Positions 1 to 9,083 of a DNA stretch of 36,743 nucleotides are shown here, piece by piece. Below the pieces are notes generated by a model that saw nothing but the letters and a program-made list of their open reading frames with translations, did no database searches and had not been told where the DNA came from. Within the stretch, counting starts at the first letter, position 1; each line of letters starts with the position of its first letter. Origin of the DNA: a virus (taxonomy: Duplodnaviria; Caudoviricetes); IMG/VR virus record IMGVR_UViG_3300032330_001542, positions 1 through 36,743 of that record. One strand, given 5' to 3'. A program made the translations under genes and the position numbers.

Positions 1-271
1 GTGTCATCACAATGCGATTGCACTGACCTGATCTCAAGGCCTGCACAGCAGCCAACATGGCCAGATAGGTTTTACCTGTGCCCGCTGGTCCCACTGTGAC
101 CACAATGTGTTGATCTGCATCCTGCAAGGCCATGATCAGGCGTTCTTGGTTCCTGGTTCTAGGTACCAAACTAACACTGCGGCGTTTTGGACTTGGATCG
201 TAACTGAGGGTGTTGCTGACTAGACTGATTTGACTGCGTTGTGCTGCTTTTGCTGCGCGATTTCTGCTCAA
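1..271 (-). CDS. phoH: PhoH-like ATPase, N-terminal part (runs off the left edge)
   Basis: Hand translation of the minus strand from TTG at 271, with an AGGAG RBS upstream: MSRNRAAK...LVPRTRNQERLIMAL...IVVTVGPAGTGKTYLAMLAAVQALRSGQCNRIVMT. This is the typical PhoH N-terminus and Walker A. Not in the ORF track. Confidence 0.9.
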   Translation of the reverse strand, partial: MSRNRAAKAAQRSQISLVSNTLSYDPSPKRRSVSLVPRTRNQERLIMALQDADQHIVVTVGPAGTGKTYLAMLAAVQALRSGQCNRIVMT

Positions 272-312
272 ATCAAACTCTCCTATAAGGTTAATGGCAT
301 TGCACCATCAAG

Positions 313-318
313 TATTTA
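313..318 (-). promoter_or_regulatory. TAAATA late-type promoter motif upstream of phoH
   Basis: TATTTA on + (TAAATA on -), about 40 nt upstream of the phoH start; resembles the core of the T4 late promoter TATAAATA. Confidence 0.45.
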
Positions 319-424
319 GACACGGGCCGCAAATAGTTTTATGGGCGGTATTTTGCTGTCGCACAGCACTAAATATTAGACTTTGCTCGGGTTTTTGTAA
401 CATACATGACCCTGGCAACAGCCA

Positions 425-430
425 TAAATA
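425..430 (+). promoter_or_regulatory. TAAATA late-type promoter motif
   Basis: TAAATA-N5-ATG(436) with no SD; a second TAAATA lies at 370-375. Confidence 0.55.
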
Positions 431-435
431 CTTGC

Positions 436-1008
436 ATGTTCAAGAGCATAAACGACAAAGAAGTTTTCAAGGACGGTGAAGATTACTGGCAGGTTGCCGA
501 GCAGATACGCAACCTGTATCTCAGCGAAGGATCCTTGCTGAGTTTGCTGGACTTTGAGCGTGTGCTAGACGAACTGGATTTGTATGCATTCCGTAACTGG
601 CAAATCGGCGAACTAGCAGCTGGTCCAGAAATAAGCAAATATCGTGTGACCTGTACCTTTATGTGGCCCGAGCAAATGATGCCGGACCCACGCGGTGCCC
701 GCAGACTGCTGCCGTTTGACTGCACAGTGAAATATCGCAAGACCACTATTACTATCCCTATTCGCATCATGAATCCTTCGGACTATCGCCCTGGTACCAA
801 AAAGGCCAAAATGGTGGACAAACGGATTTGGCTAGTGGAAATCAGCATGCCCAAAGCACTCATGAGCGACATACGCACAGGAAGTATTGAACTGGAAGAC
901 CAGGACATTGATCTAAACGATTTGGATCAAGCCTACGAAGCCGACCTTGACAAAGAAGAGTACCAACAAGATGAACAGCAACAGCAATCAGCCGCTGCCA
1001 CTATTTGA
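436..1008 (+). CDS. Hypothetical phage protein with acidic C-terminal tail
   Basis: Long ORF (track start 406). ATG 436 preferred because it follows TAAATA at the same spacing as 9532. No recognised motif. Confidence 0.7.
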   Translation: MFKSINDKEVFKDGEDYWQVAEQIRNLYLSEGSLLSLLDFERVLDELDLYAFRNWQIGELAAGPEISKYRVTCTFMWPEQMMPDPRGARRLLPFDCTVKYRKTTITIPIRIMNPSDYRPGTKKAKMVDKRIWLVEISMPKALMSDIRTGSIELEDQDIDLNDLDQAYEADLDKEEYQQDEQQQQSAAATI

Positions 1009-1525
1009 GAGCTTAGACTACAAAGACATGGAGGGCTTGATGAAGCCCACTATCCATGTGGATGAGTTTTCAAGCAAAATGGGTGAAGATGATGACATCA
1101 TTGTGGTCAGCTTCTTTGTGCGTGATCAGCAAGCAGCCAAGGATCTCATGAGCTGGTTTGAAAAGGGCTATGACTTTGTGTTGGATGCTGACCGTAGTCC
1201 AGGCGAGATCAAGCCCAATCGCTATCTAGTGTATGTGGAAATTCGTCGTCGCAGCACCGCAGGCGGTCATGTGGAAATGCTGTTGCAGGACCTCAACACA
1301 CTCACCGAGTTTGAACCTGAGGACTGGAGTATGCACTATCGGGGCAAGAATGTGCCGTTCAGTCGCGACACATTTGACAGCTTGGTACCACTGAGCCCCA
1401 AGGCCTATCGTGCTGCCCATGACGAAGACCTAAACGAAATGCGTGTGGCAGCAGGTTTGCCCACCAAACGCATACATGACCTAGAGGAAGACACCCTTGC
1501 GCTACAACGAGCAGCCGGTATATAG
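971..1525 (+). CDS. Hypothetical phage protein, possibly head-associated
   Basis: ORF 947..1525 with first ATG at 971; LFE and LNE sites and two C-terminal xxAAG[LI] motifs. Confidence 0.7.
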   Translation: MNSNSNQPLPLFESLDYKDMEGLMKPTIHVDEFSSKMGEDDDIIVVSFFVRDQQAAKDLMSWFEKGYDFVLDADRSPGEIKPNRYLVYVEIRRRSTAGGHVEMLLQDLNTLTEFEPEDWSMHYRGKNVPFSRDTFDSLVPLSPKAYRAAHDEDLNEMRVAAGLPTKRIHDLEEDTLALQRAAGI

Positions 1526-1925
1526 AAATCTAATCAATGTGCTAGAGGCCTTGGAACAAGGTTGTCCTGCACCCACACAAAGCATTGAGCTTAACCTAAA
1601 GAATCGCCAAAAGGCCATAGATGACTATGGCTACGGACCACTAGACCCTAATGCACCCAACGAAGAATTCTGGGCAGCCAAGGCCAAAGAATGGAACATG
1701 AGTGACCCAGAGCAGGCCAAATCAGCCCGCTGTGGTAACTGTGCTGCGTTTGATCAAAAGGCAGCAACCTTGGATTGTATTGCCAGAGGCATTGGCGGCG
1801 AAGAACCCGATGACTTCTCAGTGATTGACGCTGGTGACTTGGGTTACTGCCGTTTTCTCAAATTCAAATGCGCTGCCAAGCGCACCTGTGACGCCTGGGT
1901 CGAAGGCGGACCGCTTACTGATTGA
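1497..1925 (+). CDS. Cys-rich protein, possibly metal/Fe-S binding (HiPIP-like Cys spacing)
   Basis: CGNC...GYC-x6-C-x5-CDAW; start codon uncertain. Confidence 0.55.
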   Translation: MRYNEQPVYRNLINVLEALEQGCPAPTQSIELNLKNRQKAIDDYGYGPLDPNAPNEEFWAAKAKEWNMSDPEQAKSARCGNCAAFDQKAATLDCIARGIGGEEPDDFSVIDAGDLGYCRFLKFKCAAKRTCDAWVEGGPLTD

Positions 1926-1928
1926 ATT

Positions 1929-2774
1929 ATGCCAATTAAAATTTTAGTAATGGGATTACCGGGCGCAGGTAAAACTTACTTTGCACAACATCTCAAGCAA
2001 TACATAGAAAAAAATACTCCCTTTTATCGTTTGGGACGTACCACTGACATAGAATTTACAAATGTCAGCCCGGCGCGTGTGGAATGGTTCAATGCCGATG
2101 ATGTCCGCAAACGTTACAATGATTGGGACTTTTCACATGAAGGGCGTATACGCCAAAGTTTACGCATGAGTGACCTGGCCAACGAGGTAGATGCTGATTT
2201 TGTTATTTGCGACTTTGTTGCTCCCTTGATAGAAATGCGTAATAACTTCAAAGCCGACTGGACCATATGGATTGATACCATTGATGCAGGTAGATTTGAA
2301 GATACCAATCAAATGTTTGTACCTCCCAAAGTTTACGATTTTAGAGTTATTGAACAACGTGCAGAACATTGGGCTGCGTATGCAGGAGAACGCATTATAA
2401 AAAATCAACGACGTCCTAGATTTGATTGGAAACAAGAAACTGTGCAGATGCTGGGACGCTGGCAGCCTTGGCACGCAGGGCACCGTGCGTTGTTTGAACG
2501 TGCTATTTCTAAAACAGGGCAAGTGGTCATACAAATTCGCGACTGTCAAGGCTGGCAAGGGTCCAATCCTTTTGCCATTGATCAAGTTAAGAATTTAATA
2601 CATAGAGATCTAGATCCCTTGTATCAGGGACAATACGAAATACAGATTGTGCCCAATATTGTAAACATTACCTATGGTCGTGATGTTGGATACAAAATTG
2701 AGCAGGAAACCTTTGACCAGGCTATAACAGATATTTCGGCCACAGCTATTAGAAAAGCCATGGGATTGGCCTAG
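1929..2774 (+). CDS. Adenylylsulfate-kinase-like P-loop kinase fused to a HIGH-type nucleotidyltransferase
   Basis: N-terminal MGLPGAGKT, NADDVR, DFSHEGRIRQ (CysC-like); C-terminal MLGRWQPWHAGH and ISATAIR (cytidylyltransferase-like). Confidence 0.8.
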   Translation: MPIKILVMGLPGAGKTYFAQHLKQYIEKNTPFYRLGRTTDIEFTNVSPARVEWFNADDVRKRYNDWDFSHEGRIRQSLRMSDLANEVDADFVICDFVAPLIEMRNNFKADWTIWIDTIDAGRFEDTNQMFVPPKVYDFRVIEQRAEHWAAYAGERIIKNQRRPRFDWKQETVQMLGRWQPWHAGHRALFERAISKTGQVVIQIRDCQGWQGSNPFAIDQVKNLIHRDLDPLYQGQYEIQIVPNIVNITYGRDVGYKIEQETFDQAITDISATAIRKAMGLA

Positions 2775-2786
2775 TTTAAATCTCGC

Positions 2787-2792
2787 TAAATA
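2787..2792 (+). promoter_or_regulatory. TAAATA late-type promoter for the lysis cassette
   Basis: Intergenic TAAATA followed by an AAGGAG RBS and ATG 2815. Confidence 0.55.
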
Positions 2793-2814
2793 TGGGTACT
2801 AAAAGGAGCAAACC

Positions 2815-3444
2815 ATGGAAAATTGGTTCTTTGATTTTACCCCAGAAAAACTAGCACAGTGCGTGCCACACAACAAGGACCCGCAGGCCTTGTTTGAAGC
2901 CTTGGAAGCAGTGTTACCACGCTATGAGATCAATACCATGGATCGCGTGGCAGCATTCTTGGCCCAGTGCGGTCATGAAAGTGCAGACTTCAGTATCCTG
3001 CAAGAAAATCTAAATTACAAAGCAGAAACCCTGCACCGAGTATGGCCTCGTTACTTTCCAGACATGGCCACTGCCGAACAGTATGCTCATAATGCTCAGG
3101 CCATTGCCAATCGTGCCTACTCAAATCGCATGGGCAACGGCGACGAAGCATCAGGTGATGGCTACAAGTTTCGTGGGCGTGGTGCTATTCAGCTCACTGG
3201 TCACGACAACTACAAAAACTTTGCTGCGTCAATAGGATATACCATCGACGAAGCAGTGGCCTACACAGAAACACTACAAGGCGCAATCGAAAGTGCAGCC
3301 TGGTTTTGGCATTGCCATAGCCTAAACAAACTAGCCGATGATAGAGATATCACACACCTGACCATGAAGATCAACGGTGGTACCCTGGGCCTAGAAGAAC
3401 GCAAAGCACACATGATTCGTAACTTAGAAGTGTTCGGAGCGTAA
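2815..3444 (+). CDS. Glycoside hydrolase family 19 endolysin
   Basis: AAFLAQCGHES, ENLNY, RMGNG..SGDGYKFRGRGAIQLTG..NY, SAAWFW and INGG motifs; strong RBS. Confidence 0.92.
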   Translation: MENWFFDFTPEKLAQCVPHNKDPQALFEALEAVLPRYEINTMDRVAAFLAQCGHESADFSILQENLNYKAETLHRVWPRYFPDMATAEQYAHNAQAIANRAYSNRMGNGDEASGDGYKFRGRGAIQLTGHDNYKNFAASIGYTIDEAVAYTETLQGAIESAAWFWHCHSLNKLADDRDITHLTMKINGGTLGLEERKAHMIRNLEVFGA

Positions 3445-3447
3445 TTG

Positions 3448-4068
3448 ATGGCTTGGCTGGGTTGGCTGCTGAGTTTTGTGCCCAGTGAAATCTGGCTGTG
3501 GCTGACCTATGCGCTGTATGGTCTGGGTGCCGTACTCTATATTGCCTCCAAGTTGGTGTCATGGATTCCGTTCATGGGTCAGTACAAAACGCCAGCGGAA
3601 TTGATTGGTGTGGTGTTGCTTATGGTGGGTGCTTACCTGTTTGGCAGTTACGGCACAGAAATGATGTGGCGTGATCGTGTCAAAGTCCTAGAAGCCAAGG
3701 TCCATGAAGCTGAAGCAAAGTCGCAACAGACCAATGTTGTGATACAGGAACGAGTGGTAGAAAAAATAAAGGTGGTCAAACAAAATGTCTATGTCAACAG
3801 AGAAATCATCAAAGAAGTTGTGGGTCGGCAGATTGATGCTGTGTGTAGTTTGCCCGTTAGTGCTGTGGTCCTGCACGACAGCGCCAGTCGCAATGAAGTT
3901 TCCCGAGGCACCGGCAGCACTGATGCAACCCCCTCCACAGTTAAAGCCAGTGAGCTCATCGACACCGTCGTCGTCAACTACGGCACCTACCACCAAGTAG
4001 CCGAACAACTGCGTGGTTGGCAGGAATGGTATGCAGCACAGAAAAAAATATTTGAAGGAATACGCTAA
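3448..4068 (+). CDS. Rz-like inner-membrane spanin
   Basis: N-terminal hydrophobic segments, then a coiled-coil-like region; lies directly after the endolysin and contains an out-of-frame lipoprotein ORF. Confidence 0.7.
   Translation: MAWLGWLLSFVPSEIWLWLTYALYGLGAVLYIASKLVSWIPFMGQYKTPAELIGVVLLMVGAYLFGSYGTEMMWRDRVKVLEAKVHEAEAKSQQTNVVIQERVVEKIKVVKQNVYVNREIIKEVVGRQIDAVCSLPVSAVVLHDSASRNEVSRGTGSTDATPSTVKASELIDTVVVNYGTYHQVAEQLRGWQEWYAAQKKIFEGIR
3785..4000 (+). CDS. Rz1-like outer-membrane lipoprotein spanin embedded in the Rz-like gene (+1 frame)
   Basis: Basic N-terminus, hydrophobic stretch, lipobox LWS-C (Cys codon 3872), then Pro-rich TTAPVAMKFPEAPAALMQPPPQLK. Start could be 3785, 3791 or 3836. 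Confidence 0.65.
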   Translation: MSMSTEKSSKKLWVGRLMLCVVCPLVLWSCTTAPVAMKFPEAPAALMQPPPQLKPVSSSTPSSSTTAPTTK

Positions 4069-4265
4069 TGGATCACAAAGCCTATGAAAAATGGAAAGCC
4101 GAACAGCCAGTATTGGCACCACAACCGCCTTTGATTGACTTTGACGATGGTCACTACACCTGGGCCGAAACTACATTGGTAACCACAGTGGTAGTGGGCG
4201 TAATCTTGGGCCTGTGGCTGTTGGGCCGTTGGCTGTTTAAAGACCAAGAAAAAGAAAAAGAATAA
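4068..4265 (+). CDS. Small single-pass membrane protein
   Basis: One long hydrophobic segment and a charged tail; TAATG coupling to the upstream gene. Confidence 0.6.
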   Translation: MDHKAYEKWKAEQPVLAPQPPLIDFDDGHYTWAETTLVTTVVVGVILGLWLLGRWLFKDQEKEKE

Positions 4266-4282
4266 TAATAAAGGAGCACCAA

Positions 4283-4711
4283 ATGTCAGCAGAAGAACAC
4301 GAAAAACTCAGTGCCAGCGAAAAGAAAAAAGAAGACTGGATGAATTCCAAGTGGCGTCCAGCCATGGGTTGGATCTACATGGTTACCTGTATCACAGACT
4401 TTATCTTATTTCCTGTGTTCTGGGCCATAATTCAAACTGTGGCCAAACAACCTATAACACCTTGGCAACCAATCACACTGCAGGGTGCTGGGCTGTATCA
4501 TGTGGCCATGGGTGCCATAATTGGTATTGCAGCGTTTGGGCGTACCCAAGAAAAGATTGCTGGTGCCAATGTTGGTGGAGCCACTGCGCCTATGCCGGGT
4601 CCAATGAGCATGCCACCTCCCCAAATGGGACCCATGGGCAGCAGTCCAATTCCGCCCATGCCAGGTCCTGTGGCACCCCCTCCACCTCCGCCGCCAAGAC
4701 CAGTGCTGTAA
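4283..4711 (+). CDS. Holin (3TM/GTA-type holin-like) with Pro-rich tail
   Basis: KWRPAMGW...TM...TM...FGRTQEK pattern; AAGGAG RBS; within the lysis cassette. Confidence 0.75.
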   Translation: MSAEEHEKLSASEKKKEDWMNSKWRPAMGWIYMVTCITDFILFPVFWAIIQTVAKQPITPWQPITLQGAGLYHVAMGAIIGIAAFGRTQEKIAGANVGGATAPMPGPMSMPPPQMGPMGSSPIPPMPGPVAPPPPPPPRPVL

Positions 4712-4712
4712 T

Positions 4713-4741
4713 TTGACAAACACGCCGCAACACGCTATAAT
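4713..4741 (+). promoter_or_regulatory. Consensus sigma70 promoter for dnaJ
   Basis: TTGACA(4713-4718)-N17-TATAAT(4736-4741). Confidence 0.85.
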
Positions 4742-4747
4742 TACTGA

Positions 4748-5530
4748 ATGCAAGATCTTTACAGCGTGTTGGGTGTGAGTCGATCAGCCTCGCCTGACGA
4801 AATCAAGCGGGCCTATCGCAAGTTAGCCAGCCAGCACCACCCGGACAAGGGTGGCGATACTCAACGCTTTCAGCAGATCCAAAGTGCCTATGATGTGCTG
4901 GGTGATCCCAACAAACGAGCACAGTACGACAATCCACAGCCACAGGGCTTTGGTGGATTTGGTCCACAGGGTTTTGACTTCAACAACATCTTTGAAATGT
5001 TTGGCACCAGGTTTGGGCAACAGCAACAGCAACGCCAGCCCAGGTTTGCCAGAATGACATTATGGATACAGCTCAGTGATGTGGCGTCGGGTGGCATGCG
5101 CACCGTGAGTGTGGGCACACCGCATGGATCGCACAATGTGGAAATCGAAATTCCCTTGGGCATCAACGAAGGGGACACTGTACAATATCCCAAATTGGCG
5201 CCAGGCGGCATGGATCTTGTGGTCACATTTAGAATTCATCCCAATCCTGAATGGCATCGTCAGGGCCCCAATATCACCACCGAACACCGTGTGAGTGTTT
5301 GGACCTTGATCCTGGGCGGAGAAATCCAAGTTAGAGATGTATTGGGCAATCAATTCAAATTGAATATTCCTGCGGGCACACAACCTGGTACTACCCTGCG
5401 TATGCGCAGTCGTGGTTTGCCACAACGACACGCCTCTCCGGGAGATCTCTATGTGCGAGTACAGGCCCAAATTCCTAGAGACATACCCCCAGAATTAATT
5501 GAGCAGATTAGACAGCACACTGCCCAATAA
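4748..5530 (+). CDS. dnaJ: DnaJ/CbpA-type co-chaperone (J domain, G/F region, C-terminal domain, no zinc finger)
   Basis: DLYSVLGV...[16 protein letters not shown] (HPD motif), G/F linker, GDLYV. Confidence 0.92.
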   Translation: MQDLYSVLGVSRSASPDEIKRAYRKLASQHHPDKGGDTQRFQQIQSAYDVLGDPNKRAQYDNPQPQGFGGFGPQGFDFNNIFEMFGTRFGQQQQQRQPRFARMTLWIQLSDVASGGMRTVSVGTPHGSHNVEIEIPLGINEGDTVQYPKLAPGGMDLVVTFRIHPNPEWHRQGPNITTEHRVSVWTLILGGEIQVRDVLGNQFKLNIPAGTQPGTTLRMRSRGLPQRHASPGDLYVRVQAQIPRDIPPELIEQIRQHTAQ

Positions 5531-5542
5531 ATATTTAGGTGG

Positions 5543-5571
5543 TTGACTGCAAATTGAACTCGTAGTACAAT
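5543..5571 (+). promoter_or_regulatory. sigma70-like promoter for clpA
   Basis: TTGACT-N17-TACAAT followed by an AGGA RBS. Confidence 0.75.
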
Positions 5572-5599
5572 AACAACATCCAGCAACTCAGGAAAGACC

Positions 5600-7864
5600 A
5601 TGCAAAACAACCCAGAAATTGAACAGATCATTGAAGCCGCAGTGCGTATTGCTCGTGACAAAAATCACGAATATGTCACAACCGAACACACCCTGTTGGC
5701 CTTGGTGCGACACAATCCATTTGCTCGCTGTTTGGCCAAATACGGGTGTGATGTAGAAATGCTGGATCAAGAGCTGGATGCCTATCTCAATACCTTGGTG
5801 GGTATTGTGCGTAAAAATGATCCACAGCCCAAACGAACCAATGCCTTGGAGCGAATGTTCAATCGTGCGCATGCACAGGTACTATTCACAGGTCGCAGAC
5901 AGATCACCACAGTGGATCTTTACCTGGCTATGATGGCCGAAAACAACAGTCACGCACACTACTTCTTGCTCAAGTACGGTGTCAAGAAACAGGAGTTTGT
6001 GGACTTCTGGCAGAAGTACTACAATCATTCCGATGTGTCCATCACAGAACAACAGGCTGATGAAATCCTAGAAGAACACTGTGACAATCTCACACGCCGA
6101 GCCCGAGAAAATCAGCTGGAGCCCATGATTGGTCGCCAAAGCGAAGTGGATGAAATGATCACTGTGCTGGCGCGCAAGTTCAAGGCCAATGTGCTCATGG
6201 TGGGCGATCCCGGCGTGGGCAAAACTGCCATTGTGGAAGGCCTAGCACAGGAAATACATGCAGGCCGTGTGCCAGAGTTCTTGAAAGGCTATGAAGTATG
6301 GGGCCTGGAAGTGGGCTCGTTGTTGGCAGGAAGCAAATACCGCGGCGAGTTTGAAGAAAAGTTCAAGATGGTTATTTCAGCACTTGAGGCCAAGAAGAAG
6401 TGCATCCTGTTCATTGACGAAGCACACACCATGAAGGGTGCAGGCGCCAGCAATCAAAGCAGCCTGGACTTTGCCAACATGCTGAAACCTGCCATTACCA
6501 AGGGCAATCTCAAGGTAGTTGCGTCAACCACTTGGGAAGAATTCTACGAGAGCTTTGAAAAAGACCGCGCACTCATGCGTCGTTTCCATAGAGTCAGCAT
6601 TGGCGAACCTGATGCTGGCACCACAGAACAAATTTTGATTGGACTAAGCCCAAGACTGGAAGCGTTCCACAATGTCATGATTGATACTGAAGCTATCACA
6701 GCAGCAGTGGAACTGAGCTCGCGTTACATACACGATCGCAAGAATCCCGACAAGAGTATTGACCTTGTGGATGGTGCCTGTGCTAGAGAGCGTGTGAAGG
6801 ATCTGGGACTTGTGACTATAAATCGTGACATGATCATGGAACAGTTGTCACGCACCACTGGTGTGCCTGTGGATAAACTGCGCAATGAAAGCAGTGTGAA
6901 GATCCGTGAGCTGGAAGGAAACATCAAGCAACGCTTGTATGGACAGGATCCTGCTGTGGATCAGGTGCTAGAGCGTGTGTATATCAACTTTGCCGGCATC
7001 GGCAATGCTCGTCGACCCATGGCTAGTTTCTTGTTCCTAGGACCCACGGGCACAGGTAAAACTGAACTGGCCAAACTGTTGGCAGAGAACTTGGACATGA
7101 CCCTGCTGAAATATGACATGAGTGAATATCAAGAGCGTCACACAGTGTCAAGCCTGATTGGTGCTCCTCCGGGCTATGTGGGCTTTGAGGATGGCAATGT
7201 GGGCGGTGGCAAACTGATTGCAGACTTGACCAAGCATCCGTTCTCTGTAATCCTGTTTGATGAAATTGAAAAAGCACACCCTGATGTTTCAAATATCTTG
7301 CTGCAGATGCTGGATGAAGCCAAGATCACAAGCAGCAATGGCAAAACGGTTAATGTCAAGAACTGCATCATTATCATGACATCTAACTTGGGTGCTAGAG
7401 AAAGCGAAGTCAATGCCATTGGCTTTGGCGCACTAGAGCGTGAAGGCGAAGATGATCGTGCCCTTAAAGAGTTCTTCAAACCTGAGTTCCGTAATCGTAT
7501 TGATCAGGTATGTAAGTTTGCTAAATTGGAACCACTAGCCATCAAGAAGATTGTGATCAAGTTTGTGGACGAACTCAAGGCCAGCTTGAGTGGCAAGAAC
7601 ATCCGACTCACACTCACAGAGCCTGTGATTGACTGGCTGGCCGAAAAGGGTTATGACAGCAAGATGGGTGCGCGTCCCCTGAATCGCAAGATTGATGAGT
7701 TAATTCGTGTGCCACTCAGCAAAAAAATCTTGTTTGATCAACTCACCGACTGTGCAATCACTGCTACCATGGAAGAGCAAGAAGTACGATTTGAAATTTC
7801 TACAGATGCGCCACACACAATCACTCCTGTGGTGGACAGCGACGGCTTTATCAGGGTAGAATAA
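5600..7864 (+). CDS. clpA: ClpA-like AAA+ chaperone / Clp protease ATP-binding subunit
   Basis: Clp N-domain, two AAA+ modules (GDPGVGKT/LFIDEAH and GPTGTGKT/LFDEIEKAH), IGF ClpP-docking loop, GARPL, no ClpB middle domain. Confidence 0.92.
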   Translation: MQNNPEIEQIIEAAVRIARDKNHEYVTTEHTLLALVRHNPFARCLAKYGCDVEMLDQELDAYLNTLVGIVRKNDPQPKRTNALERMFNRAHAQVLFTGRRQITTVDLYLAMMAENNSHAHYFLLKYGVKKQEFVDFWQKYYNHSDVSITEQQADEILEEHCDNLTRRARENQLEPMIGRQSEVDEMITVLARKFKANVLMVGDPGVGKTAIVEGLAQEIHAGRVPEFLKGYEVWGLEVGSLLAGSKYRGEFEEKFKMVISALEAKKKCILFIDEAHTMKGAGASNQSSLDFANMLKPAITKGNLKVVASTTWEEFYESFEKDRALMRRFHRVSIGEPDAGTTEQILIGLSPRLEAFHNVMIDTEAITAAVELSSRYIHDRKNPDKSIDLVDGACARERVKDLGLVTINRDMIMEQLSRTTGVPVDKLRNESSVKIRELEGNIKQRLYGQDPAVDQVLERVYINFAGIGNARRPMASFLFLGPTGTGKTELAKLLAENLDMTLLKYDMSEYQERHTVSSLIGAPPGYVGFEDGNVGGGKLIADLTKHPFSVILFDEIEKAHPDVSNILLQMLDEAKITSSNGKTVNVKNCIIIMTSNLGARESEVNAIGFGALEREGEDDRALKEFFKPEFRNRIDQVCKFAKLEPLAIKKIVIKFVDELKASLSGKNIRLTLTEPVIDWLAEKGYDSKMGARPLNRKIDELIRVPLSKKILFDQLTDCAITATMEEQEVRFEISTDAPHTITPVVDSDGFIRVE

Positions 7865-8544
7865 TGAAATTCAAACAGGTACGCAGCGATCGCTTGTTTT
7901 TTGATCACTTTGAGTATGCTGCTGAGATTGTGGTGCCTGAGATCACGGCCATACGCAGTTATGGCAAAGGTGATCCTATACGCAGTGATCGAGACATCAC
8001 AAGAGTGATAGTGGAACGCAAACAGTTCAGAGAAAACTTTCCCTATCGCTGGACCAGTCGTCCAACTGTGACTCAGAGCACCATAGACCTGGTGCTCTAT
8101 ACCGCTGAATGGATGCGTCACATCGCACAGCCCTACAAACGCTCAGTTTCGGCCAACAGACTCACCATCTACACCAGTGATCTGGAACTGATAAATCGCA
8201 TTGATCTGGACAACCACTACAAACACAAGTGGTTCCGTGAAGCAGTGGTCACCAGAACCCGCAACACCATTGCCCACCGTAACCCGCGCTACAACTACAG
8301 AGCCTACTTTAACTGGCACGAAATTGAACCCCACCGCCGCGAGCAGTTTGTGAACTTTTTTACTGCGCATCAAGCCCAGTGCCAGCTGAATCCTTCCATG
8401 CGGGCCAAGTTGTTTGAGTCAAAATGGCGCTGGATACAGCGCACAGACTTTGTGGACTATCAGGACGAAAAATGGTTGTTGATGCTGCACCTGAGTTTTA
8501 CTGGCTTGGTAAGAAAAGTCATGCCCATAGTTCAAGCTAAATAA
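7864..8544 (+). CDS. Hypothetical protein
   Basis: 226-aa ORF coupled to clpA (TAATG). Confidence 0.75.
   Translation: MKFKQVRSDRLFFDHFEYAAEIVVPEITAIRSYGKGDPIRSDRDITRVIVERKQFRENFPYRWTSRPTVTQSTIDLVLYTAEWMRHIAQPYKRSVSANRLTIYTSDLELINRIDLDNHYKHKWFREAVVTRTRNTIAHRNPRYNYRAYFNWHEIEPHRREQFVNFFTAHQAQCQLNPSMRAKLFESKWRWIQRTDFVDYQDEKWLLMLHLSFTGLVRKVMPIVQAK
8538..8543 (+). promoter_or_regulatory. TAAATA late-type promoter motif
   Basis: TAAATA-N7-ATG(8551), no SD. Confidence 0.5.
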
Positions 8545-8550
8545 TACACT

Positions 8551-8715
8551 ATGGCAAAAATTCATACCGAAACTCTTGTAGTTACATTTAATAGATTGAT
8601 CAAAGACGGCGATACACCACAGCCCGTGGCCACTGATGAAGTTGTGGCTGCAATGGCACAGGTTGCTGAAGAACTGGCTGGCGCAGGCGTTGTGGTCGAA
8701 GCTGAACGAGCATAA
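8551..8715 (+). CDS. Small hypothetical protein (54 aa), absent from the ORF track
   Basis: MAKIHTETLVVTFNRLIKDGDTPQPVATDEVVAAMAQVAEELAGAGVVVEAERA*; fills the gap exactly and is TAATG-coupled to 8715. Confidence 0.75.
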   Translation: MAKIHTETLVVTFNRLIKDGDTPQPVATDEVVAAMAQVAEELAGAGVVVEAERA

Positions 8716-9083
8716 TGAACAATCTTACCACTGAGATCATCTTGGACACCACCACCGTGGGCACGCCTTCGGGCAACTACGATGGCAGTACCGATCATTT
8801 CGTCAGTGATCCAGTGGAAGCAGTGGCCTATTATCTCGGGCGCGGCAGCATTCAAACAGTAACTATAAATGTCACAGGATTTGAGGGCATAATCACCATA
8901 CAGGGTACCCTGGGTGAAATTGCCGAAGAATCAGCTTGGTCGGATGTGTATCAATTTGACAGCGCCAGCAGCGTGGTCACTGACTATCATCCTGAAGCTA
9001 TCCTGGGCAACTTTACATGGATGCGAGCTGTGGTCACACAGTTCAACGCCGGCACCATTGATTTTGTCCGAATCACCTTTTAA
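8715..9083 (+). CDS. Hypothetical beta-rich protein, possibly structural
   Basis: 122-aa ORF rich in T/V/I and acidic residues; coupled on both sides. Confidence 0.7.
   Translation: MNNLTTEIILDTTTVGTPSGNYDGSTDHFVSDPVEAVAYYLGRGSIQTVTINVTGFEGIITIQGTLGEIAEESAWSDVYQFDSASSVVTDYHPEAILGNFTWMRAVVTQFNAGTIDFVRITF

Noticed and set aside
294-479. 61-aa + strand ORF
   Set aside because: It spans the divergent promoter region and overlaps the 436 gene out of frame, with no RBS or protein-like features.
4585-4705. C-rich repetitive DNA at the end of the holin gene
   Set aside because: Explained by a Pro/Met/Gly low-complexity protein tail.
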